Part shown: in pieces, positions 19,126 to 26,340 of the stretch
Numbering within the stretch: position 1 is the first letter of the stretch
Layout of the letters: each line of letters starts with the position of its first letter
IMG/VR virus record: IMGVR_UViG_3300042566_000599
Span: 1 to 64,000 of that record
Strand: one strand, 5' to 3'
From: a virus
DNA: 64,000 nucleotides
Made by a program: the position numbers and the translations under genes
Notes under the pieces: model-generated
Database searches by the model: none
Told to the model about the DNA's origin: nothing
What the model saw: only the letters and a program-made list of their open reading frames with translations

Positions 19126-19511
19126 TAGATACCTCTAAAGTAAGCGCTGTTTGTAATTGGGTCTCTACCTGCTCGTGCCTCAATATACGGGTTTAATACT
19201 GATGCCACATGTTTTTTTACAATAAAACCTATATTACTAGAACGTGCTCCAGGAAAGTCTTTACTTGATGCATCAGAGTGTAAGTTAGGGGCAAGTGGTT
19301 CTACTTCGTAAATATTACCGTGGTGTGGATGCTTACCCACAGAGTCAAAACCTAATCCGCTGCTAATGCGGTCTTGAGTGTGTTTCTCTGCATCTGCCAA
19401 ACTAGGCGTTGCCCAGGCAGCGGCACCGCTATGGCGAGGCTTTACAAGGTCACCTGGTTTTAGTGTTTCGATAGTGCCGTGAAATAACTGACCTGATAGT
19501 GGAGCGCTCAT
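19125..19511 (-). CDS. Arr-like ADP-ribosyltransferase
   Basis: LFHGT..L.PGDLV.P, AWATPS, IYEVEP, DFPG..SS..GFIV. Confidence 0.7.
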   Translation of the reverse strand: MSAPLSGQLFHGTIETLKPGDLVKPRHSGAAAWATPSLADAEKHTQDRISSGLGFDSVGKHPHHGNIYEVEPLAPNLHSDASSKDFPGARSSNIGFIVKKHVASVLNPYIEARAGRDPITNSAYFRGI

Positions 19512-19834
19512 CCGACATCGTTCCTTGGTACAGAGAAGTCGTGAAGTCCTATGACTTTAAAACCCTTTTGACTTCTATAAGTTTGTTTTGTTATGGTGTC
19601 TTTGTTGGTCAAGGTCTTATCGTTTTCTAATGGGGCTACTTTGTAAACCATGCCAAAGAGATGACCCTTACGTGATAACCGCTGGTCACTTGAGGCATAG
19701 ATATGTGCCGATAATTCGTGCGTAGTCGCGTAAGCGCCAGGACCCATTGCTGCATCAGACGGTTTTACTATATCTCCAACTTTTAAAGTCTCTGTAGTTC
19801 CGTGAAATAGTTGTTTAGATAAAGGTGCACTCAT
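19508..19834 (-). CDS. Arr-like ADP-ribosyltransferase
   Basis: LFHGT..LKVGDIV.P, AYATT, VYKVAP, YRSQKGFKVIG. Confidence 0.7.
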   Translation of the reverse strand: MSAPLSKQLFHGTTETLKVGDIVKPSDAAMGPGAYATTHELSAHIYASSDQRLSRKGHLFGMVYKVAPLENDKTLTNKDTITKQTYRSQKGFKVIGLHDFSVPRNDVG

Positions 19835-20274
19835 GCCTTCTTCTCCCTAGGTGGGTTAAAGGTGCGCTTGCGAGACTTAACTGCCTCTCCTGATTTGCGT
19901 AGGTTGGTCACTCCAGTAATTTTAACAGGAGCGCCTTCTTTTACCATGACTTCTTTTTCTTCATGAGGGTCTTGGCTACTAAAGTTTGCAAAACCACCTT
20001 GTCGCATTTTTTCCGTGTTTGTCTCTACAGAAGACATAGGAACTTGGGCATGCACTACGTGTGCGTAGTCAGTACGCCAGTGTGGTGTGAGAGCACGGCT
20101 GTTAGGGCTATTGGCAAACTCTTTAGCCACCTGTGAGTCTGCACTCCAGTGAGTACCTAGGTTGTTCATGTCCAACTTGTATTGTGACGACTTGCCACCT
20201 TTAGGATAATGAGGGTACGAGGTGTTGATGCCACGATGTGCTTCAAAGAATAACTCGTTAGATAGAACGCTCAC
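19831..20274 (-). CDS. R-S-E clade ADP-ribosyltransferase-like protein
   Basis: AHRG (R), HWSAD..VA..FA (S), EEKEV (ExE). Confidence 0.65.
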   Translation of the reverse strand: MSVLSNELFFEAHRGINTSYPHYPKGGKSSQYKLDMNNLGTHWSADSQVAKEFANSPNSRALTPHWRTDYAHVVHAQVPMSSVETNTEKMRQGGFANFSSQDPHEEKEVMVKEGAPVKITGVTNLRKSGEAVKSRKRTFNPPREKKA

Positions 20275-20609
20275 CAGTCCCAGCCCTTTTCATGTGGTTC
20301 CTTGTGCTCGACAGGAATTAACATATTGGGATTAACATCCATAGCAGATGCGATGCGATGATGTCCTTCTCCTAGCATCGGCCCTTTTTCACCGTGAATA
20401 ATCTCGACAGGATTTTGTACACCAATCTTTTTAATAGATTCGTACATACCTTTTGAATCTTCCCACTTGTCCTCTTTGGCCGACTTGAGTTTGCGTGCGA
20501 GCACCTCTTCATTGGGCTCGCCCCTGTGCGCATCCGTCATAGGCATCTTCGCTATCTCACGCGCAGGCAAAAACATAGCCAACTGATTACTTGACACGCT
20601 GCGGCTCAT
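20271..20609 (-). CDS. ParB/Sulfiredoxin-like N-terminal domain protein
   Basis: SIKKIGVQNPV...LGEGHHRIASA. Confidence 0.75.
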   Translation of the reverse strand: MSRSVSSNQLAMFLPAREIAKMPMTDAHRGEPNEEVLARKLKSAKEDKWEDSKGMYESIKKIGVQNPVEIIHGEKGPMLGEGHHRIASAMDVNPNMLIPVEHKEPHEKGWDW

Positions 20610-20629
20610 TTTTTTCTCTCCAGAAACGA

Positions 20630-21037
20630 CTAGTGGTGGAAGTGCTCTCCATTGAGAGTGGTGTGTGGATAATCTTCGTGAAATTTGCGATGGTCATGTT
20701 CATGTGCTGCAATTAACTCACGATGAGTCATGCGGTCTGCTTCACCTTCAGCATTCTCGTCCTTCGGACGCACACCAGGGATATGGTCGTCATAGCCATC
20801 GTGGTGTGAACGCCACTCTGCATAGTCGATACCGTGGCCGTTGTAGGACTTCATGTGGTCGAGCAGGTCAGCGTGGTCATGAATTTGTACAGTACGAGTG
20901 CGTTCGATGTTTGCACCCATGGCAGATAACTTTCCTGCCTCGGCCATCGCCTTGTAGGCATTGACAGAGTGTTCATCTAAGTGAATGTGGTCTTGTGGTT
21001 CATTGCACCATTCGCTACCGCAATGTTGATTTGCCAT
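20630..21037 (-). CDS. His-rich hypothetical protein
   Basis: Very His-rich (HEHDH, HFHH); SD present. Confidence 0.6.
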   Translation of the reverse strand: MANQHCGSEWCNEPQDHIHLDEHSVNAYKAMAEAGKLSAMGANIERTRTVQIHDHADLLDHMKSYNGHGIDYAEWRSHHDGYDDHIPGVRPKDENAEGEADRMTHRELIAAHEHDHRKFHEDYPHTTLNGEHFHH

Positions 21038-21048
21038 TGATTCTCTCC

Positions 21049-21165
21049 CTACGCCTTTGTGCTACTTGCAGTATTGGATGCTTTACTGGGCGGCATCATC
21101 TGCATAGCCACATTGACGTATTGGTCTTTGGGCATTACGAATTGATTTGCAGACAGGCTACTCAT
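21049..21165 (-). CDS. 38-aa peptide with LSANQF leader, first gene of the operon (not in ORF track)
   Basis: MSSLSANQFVMPKDQYVNVAMQMMPPSKASNTASSTKA; CATAAT -10 a few nt upstream (leaderless). Confidence 0.55.
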   Translation of the reverse strand: MSSLSANQFVMPKDQYVNVAMQMMPPSKASNTASSTKA

Positions 21166-21188
21166 AGCACTAATTATGCGGCTAAGAG

Positions 21189-21395
21189 TTAGTTCTTACG
21201 TCCCCAACTAATAAGGTTCCACACGCGCTCGTGCCAATAATAAATGAAGACCTTGATTACTGTTTCCCAGAAAGCGATAATCGCCGCCAGGGTACCTTTT
21301 CCAGTAATGGCAAAGACGACAGCCCAAGAACTAAGTGTTCCCCAGATGCGGTACGAAAGAGCCTTAACAAAAGAGCGAGAACGAGTGACCTTCAT
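21189..21395 (-). CDS. DUF2061-like small membrane protein
   Basis: RSFVKALSYRI.GT...YYWHERVW..I.WG. Confidence 0.8.
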   Translation of the reverse strand: MKVTRSRSFVKALSYRIWGTLSSWAVVFAITGKGTLAAIIAFWETVIKVFIYYWHERVWNLISWGRKN

Positions 21396-21428
21396 GCAGG
21401 CCACTCCATCTTGTCATTAGTAATTAGC

Positions 21429-22184
21429 CTATAGACCCATCTCGCGACGCTTTTGAGTAGCCGATATAGCCTCAATACTATCTTCAAGTTTTACCTGCTC
21501 AATCTTGTATCCGACATCGCGACCATACACGATGTTAGTAATGTTAGGCATGCGCAACACCATTGCACCCCTCATTGCTGGGTCTTCCTCAATAAAGGAC
21601 TTGACTTGAGAGAACGTGAGTGGGTCCTTCTCACTTGTTCCTTGAGTATTTCGAACACCTAGTACAACCTGCGGAGTTCTTTTTTCTGCTTCGTTATAGA
21701 GAGCGTGATGACCTTCATGCCATGGCTGATAGCGTCCAAGCATAAGAGTCGTTGGCTTCTTCCAATCATGTAACCCAAAGACTCTGATGACATCTTCTAC
21801 CTCTTGCTCAACTGTACGCCCATCAAGAATTACTAAATCAACATTGGTTGGGTTTTCCCATATCTTGTTGGTGTCTTCGTAACGGCCAGCCTCAATACGA
21901 TTAACCCAGATAAGGATGTCGGGCTTTCCAAATGCTTCACGAGTCTCATGAGTAGGACATATGAAATCTACAATAACTGTACGCCCCTGAGCATGTAGCA
22001 ATCGTGCAAGGGCGCCTAACCTTCTTGATTGCTCAATGCGGTCTTCAGGAGTAAATCCTAGGTCTTTGTTTAAATCGGCACGGACTTCATCTGCATTCAA
22101 GTGGATGGCATCAATGTGCTCCATCAATGTCTTTGCAAGAACTGTCTTACCTGAACCTGGAAGTCCAATAATCTGAATAATCAT
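21429..22184 (-). CDS. cysC: Adenylylsulfate (APS) kinase fused to an HxGH nucleotidyltransferase domain
   Basis: GLPGSGKT, LNADEVR..L..DLGFT.EDR; C-terminal GRYQPWHEGH. Confidence 0.8.
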   Translation of the reverse strand: MIIQIIGLPGSGKTVLAKTLMEHIDAIHLNADEVRADLNKDLGFTPEDRIEQSRRLGALARLLHAQGRTVIVDFICPTHETREAFGKPDILIWVNRIEAGRYEDTNKIWENPTNVDLVILDGRTVEQEVEDVIRVFGLHDWKKPTTLMLGRYQPWHEGHHALYNEAEKRTPQVVLGVRNTQGTSEKDPLTFSQVKSFIEEDPAMRGAMVLRMPNITNIVYGRDVGYKIEQVKLEDSIEAISATQKRREMGL

Positions 22185-22216
22185 GGGCTACTGCCTTATC
22201 TCTCAAGTGAAAAATC

Positions 22217-22462
22217 TTATTGGTTAGGGGAGGTAAAGAAGTCTCGGTTGAGTTCGATAAAGACCTTCTTATCTTCTGGAACATCGTCAACGTAGTAGAT
22301 GGCGTTTGTTGGGCACACAGGCTCGCACGCACCGCAGTCGACACAGTCGTTGGGATTTATAAATAACTGATTGTCTCCTTCATAGATGCAGTCTACTGGA
22401 CACTCTTCGATGCAAGACTTGTCTTTTACATCAATACATGCATCTGTAATAACGTATGTCAC
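22217..22462 (-). CDS. fdxA: 7Fe-type ferredoxin
   Basis: TYVITDACIDVKDKSCIEECPVDCIY...CVDCGACEPVCP; actinobacterial FdxA type. Confidence 0.9.
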   Translation of the reverse strand: MTYVITDACIDVKDKSCIEECPVDCIYEGDNQLFINPNDCVDCGACEPVCPTNAIYYVDDVPEDKKVFIELNRDFFTSPNQ

Positions 22463-23172
22463 GAGTTCTCCGTCCATTGAGTTGGCTCATAGTTAAAGCG
22501 GGTGGTGTACTTCTCGTCAATAGACTTGAAGTACTCCAAATCCTTGAGTGTGAGTTCCCTCTTCCAACGTCCACTTCCATCAAATATAGGCTGTTGTACC
22601 TGCCACGCTCGCATCTGGAAGAAGGCCTTCATGTCTGTAGGCTCTATGTACTCTGGATTTTTATGTTCCCACCATTGTTGACGATTCTCATAGTAGCGAG
22701 TCATCTGCTCGTCATACTCGAGCCCTAGGTGTTCGCACATCTTTTTGCAATGGCCTTCTAAATCTTTAATTAACTCTTCATATTTAATAAGTAGCACATC
22801 TTCTCGGTCTGCTACCTCTATGGTTTTGGTTAAATACTCTAGAACTGTCTTGTCTCTTTCTGGAAATGGCGCAGCATGGGTGTTTTTAACAGAGGCTACG
22901 ACATCGCGGTAATCTCTAACCGTCATAATAAACTTGACATCAGGATATAAGGACTCGATGGTGTCCATAGCAAATAAATGAGATGGGGTCTTCTCTATAA
23001 CTCCGATGGTCCCGTACTTCTTAGGGTCTAAGATTGAAGGCACAACATTTGCGCGATTATTTAAAAACATCCAAGTTTCTTTTGGAATCAGATGCAGGTC
23101 TTTGTGCGCTCCAAGAATGGTGGCTACAAGGGTTGTAGAAGAGTGCATAGAACCGACTACCGATACAAGCAT
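22459..23172 (-). CDS. Sulfotransferase family protein
   Basis: G.MHSSTTL (5'-PSB), EKTP.H, VRDYRDVVAS (3'-PB), YEEL, GRWK. Confidence 0.85.
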   Translation of the reverse strand: MLVSVVGSMHSSTTLVATILGAHKDLHLIPKETWMFLNNRANVVPSILDPKKYGTIGVIEKTPSHLFAMDTIESLYPDVKFIMTVRDYRDVVASVKNTHAAPFPERDKTVLEYLTKTIEVADREDVLLIKYEELIKDLEGHCKKMCEHLGLEYDEQMTRYYENRQQWWEHKNPEYIEPTDMKAFFQMRAWQVQQPIFDGSGRWKRELTLKDLEYFKSIDEKYTTRFNYEPTQWTENS

Positions 23173-23241
23173 TTGTCTTTAATCTCCTTATTTCATACAA
23201 ATATTGGGCACCCTATCATAAGGCGCGTCTTGAAACGTTGA

Positions 23242-23412
23242 TTACCCACCCGTCTTGTAGAAGCCCTTACCTTTGAATATGACGCCATTGGGCGTGTAGA
23301 TGCGCTTCATATCGTGATTACAGCAGGCGGGCATCTTTTTCATCTCGTCAAATGAGCGATGTATCTCTTGAACTGTGTTACAAATTGAACAGAGGAAGTC
23401 ATAGGTCGGCAT
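23242..23412 (-). CDS. FmdB-family Zn-ribbon protein
   Basis: MPTYDFLCSIC...CC...VIFKGKGFYKT. Confidence 0.8.
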   Translation of the reverse strand: MPTYDFLCSICNTVQEIHRSFDEMKKMPACCNHDMKRIYTPNGVIFKGKGFYKTGG

Positions 23413-23656
23413 CGTCAAAGACCAATTCTTCATGTGGTACATAGACAATCATGGGAAGGCGTGGGTCGCCCAGCACTGGTGCCCATTCTTGTGTCGGATA
23501 ATCCATCTCTTGATTCATTTCTTTCAGTAACTGCTTCCAGGTATAGCGCCAAGAGCCATCTCCACAAGCAGATGTCCAACCAACTGGGTTACGTTGCCAT
23601 GCATTGCCACGTACATCGATGACCACCGAGCCCATAGGTGGCTCTTTCATGCTCAT
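23399..23656 (-). CDS. Hypothetical protein
   Basis: EPPMGSVVID..G.AWQR. Confidence 0.55.
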   Translation of the reverse strand: MSMKEPPMGSVVIDVRGNAWQRNPVGWTSACGDGSWRYTWKQLLKEMNQEMDYPTQEWAPVLGDPRLPMIVYVPHEELVFDDADL

Positions 23657-23829
23657 CTGCTCTTCCTTATCTTTGGAAAGGTGACTACTACCCAGTAGTG
23701 CCAGAAGTGTCCTGACCAGGATGGTGCAGGTGAGTTATCTTTAAACACCATCCGCTTAAACCACCTGTACTGGGGCTCTCTATCTGCACCTGCTAATCGC
23801 ATATCAACTGCTCTAATCATGTGACCCTC

Positions 23830-24024
23830 CTAGTCATTACTGAGAAAGGGACGTATCTTCCACAATCTCAGGCGAAAGAATACATGACCCCACACCACAA
23901 ACTCCAATTCTAGGTACCCAGGAGCCGTTTTAAGGCCATTTGGGTAGCAGTAGAGCCTTCTGATGCCACTTCTGCGTTCGTACTTGCGTACGATGGCCTC
24001 TAGCCGCTTATCTTCGTCGTCCAT
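23830..24024 (-). CDS. Hypothetical protein
   Basis: ORF with SD. Confidence 0.4.
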   Translation of the reverse strand: MDDEDKRLEAIVRKYERRSGIRRLYCYPNGLKTAPGYLELEFVVWGHVFFRLRLWKIRPFLSND

Positions 24025-24199
24025 TTTGCTCTAATCCTCCTCTAGATGGTCATTTTCGCACATTCTGGCCAATTCAGGCACAGCGTAGACCTTGCCACAC
24101 AACTGGCAGGTCCACTGAGCGAGCCTATCCTTCATCAGGAGCAGTCTACGGCTACTGCCTAACCTCCAACCCCTCAACCATGTCTCCAACCTGGGGGTT

Positions 24200-25100
24200 C
24201 CCTTGGGGAGTTTGACTTAATGGTGGGGGGTGTTATGTCAGTTGTATGTGTTGTTACTTCACCACCTGACTACTAATCAGGTGGTTGTTGTTCAACTCAT
24301 GCTTTGTTATCAGGTGTGAATAATTATTTGGTGACAACATTGGTGACAATAACTTCGGCTACTGTGCAGATTGCAACATGGTCTGTGCGAATACCACCAA
24401 GCCAACAGACCACCTCACCAGTTGTTATCACATACTTTGTTACTCGCTTCGCGTTGCTATGTGTTGTTATGTAGTTAGTTATTAGTTGTTACAACTAACG
24501 ATTCGTTATGTGTAGATAGTTACTATGACTAACTGGGTTATTCCCTAGTAATTAAGTGACTCACTCAGTCATTCCCTAGTAAGCCCAGTAACTTCAGCAC
24601 TAGACATCTTGGTAAGTTACTTCGTGACTGGTCTGGTGATGTAGCCAGTTAGTGATGAAGTAACTTTAGTTTCGCCATTCCTACTTACTTGTTTTATCCA
24701 CAGGTGTAACTCTTCATACGCACGACAGCAGAACACCTAGTTACTTATCTCTATTCCTAAAGTGTTTATTTGTATTAGGTGTATCTCTATCTATTCTTTA
24801 TGTATCTATTGCAATCTTTGTATTAGTCATTACTGAAAAGAAAAACCTCTTGGCGCGAATAGTTATGTGGGGGCGCACGCTCAAACACGAACTAACCAAC
24901 TTTCATAACGGGGATACAGGTGGGTTACTTGTAGGCACACAGGGCGCACAGGCACAACAGGCACACACAAAAACGCGAACTAACTTGGAATGGCAGCCAC
25001 GAAGTTAGTTGAAGATTCAACTACCTCATGAGGGGGCTGGGGCGCATACAGGGCTATCTAGGCTCAAAACCCCTATGAACACGCCTGTACAACTCAGTCG
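24200..25100. other. Non-coding divergence region, putative origin or genome-end region
   Basis: No long ORFs; about 8 TGTTA(T/C) motifs, TTATCCACA at 24694-24702, AT-rich tract 24740-24845; strand switch. Confidence 0.5.
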
Positions 25101-25108
25101 GTCATCTA

Positions 25109-25117
25109 TGGCATAAT
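25109..25117 (+). promoter_or_regulatory. Extended -10 promoter element
   Basis: TGgCATAAT immediately before the structured region. Confidence 0.55.
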
Positions 25118-25123
25118 TGGGTC

Positions 25124-25795
25124 TGCACACGCGACCAACGCGATTCGGAAAAGTAGCACCTGTCGAGTGATTCCGAATCTCTAGTAGTCAGAGTGAAAAA
25201 GGCAAAGCGCAATTACAAACTGCGGTGTATCTGTTTATAGAACTTCGGTTCGCGGTTGATAACCAAAACAGAGTGACGAAAGAGTTTAGGTGCGTAAATT
25301 AAATAGTGACTAAGAAGCACGCGATAACTAATTGTGTTTCAGTTAATTAACATAACGATTACCAATAGTGAATCTACCTATTGCTAACGGATTAACTGGA
25401 AACAATTACATTACGAAAGTTAGGAATAAAAACTTTCTTGCGAAGACTTGTTATACGCCATGACTAACTTGTTTATTCAACGCACCGAATAAATAAATTA
25501 CGAGCGATTAAATGTAACAACGAGCGATTAAGTAATAAACGATAACGACGAACGATTAGGAAACTAATTGTGTATAGCGTGTGGCTTAGAAGAGTTATGG
25601 AAAGTTGTATAACTCAGATTGTCAGTTGTTCATGGATTGCCAACTTTGTTGGTGCAGACAGTAACCAATCTGTTCGACAGAACAATGAAGACAACTGAAC
25701 AATCTAGTTATACATACTTAGTAATTCCGCTATGTGCTTTCTGCGATTGTTAGTGACAACCACTCAGCGAAGTGACTCACTAACAATCGTGGTGA
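25124..25795 (+). ncRNA. Putative large structured non-coding RNA of unknown class
   Basis: No sense ORF; at least 8 helices, UUCG and GAAA tetraloops, complementary loops GGUGCG/CGCACC; boundaries approximate. Confidence 0.65.
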
Positions 25796-25818
25796 ATACA
25801 TAGGAAGGTAATAAACAA

Positions 25819-25989
25819 ATGCAAATCACATACACAGTCGGTGACTTATTCACCTCTACTAAATCACGAGTGACTGGAACTATCCAAGAGATTGTTCCCA
25901 TTAGCGATTCCCTAGTAAAAGTCAGATTAGATGTTGAAGGCGTTACTCGCTGGACTACATGGACACCTGATGTTGAACCTACTGAATAA
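25819..25989 (+). CDS. 56-aa small beta protein (not in ORF track)
   Basis: MQITYTVGDLFTSTKSRVTGTIQEIVP...VRLDVEGVTRWTTW; SD AGGAAGG. Confidence 0.65.
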   Translation: MQITYTVGDLFTSTKSRVTGTIQEIVPISDSLVKVRLDVEGVTRWTTWTPDVEPTE

Positions 25990-26015
25990 ACCAATACAAG
26001 AAAAAGGAGAAATAA

Positions 26016-26303
26016 ATGGGCGAAAGAATGTACGACTTCAACGATAGAGAGATAAGTGTTCTCGACCTAGCGTTGAGTTCAGTAATCGAAGCAACAAAAC
26101 ACGCACTTCTCGAAGGTATGACACCACCTGACGGACTACTGGAAACGCTGATAACAACTAATGAAAAACTACAACAGGTAATCCAATGGCGTTGTGACGA
26201 TTTCAATGAGTTCCAAGAGATAACACAAACTCTCTTTGATGTTGAATCAACGGCAAAACAGATAGAAAAAGACCCTGAAGTATCTACACCTGATTACAAC
26301 TAA
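26016..26303 (+). CDS. Hypothetical protein
   Basis: Strong SD AAGGAG. Confidence 0.65.
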   Translation: MGERMYDFNDREISVLDLALSSVIEATKHALLEGMTPPDGLLETLITTNEKLQQVIQWRCDDFNEFQEITQTLFDVESTAKQIEKDPEVSTPDYN

Positions 26304-26340
26304 ATAAACCAAATACCAATCACCTAGAGAAAGAAAACAA

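Noticed and set aside
18650-19834. Rifampicin-resistance genes (arr)
   Set aside because: Only the NAD-binding core motifs are shared; substrate-pocket identity cannot be supported, so no arr symbol was assigned
26-24000. Many plus-strand ORFs in the ORF track (e.g. 26-304, 1240-1503, 3825-4163, 12310-12579)
   Set aside because: Antisense shadows of well-supported minus-strand genes, with no RBS or motifs
24200-25800. tRNA, tmRNA, RNase P or group I/II intron in the non-coding region
   Set aside because: No cloverleaf with TTCGA T-loop and CCA, no tmRNA ends, no RNase P or intron core motifs recognised by eye; a covariance search is still needed
25764-25994. Minus-strand 76-aa ORF
   Set aside because: Shadow of the plus-strand 56-aa gene (25819-25989), which has an SD and matches the block orientation
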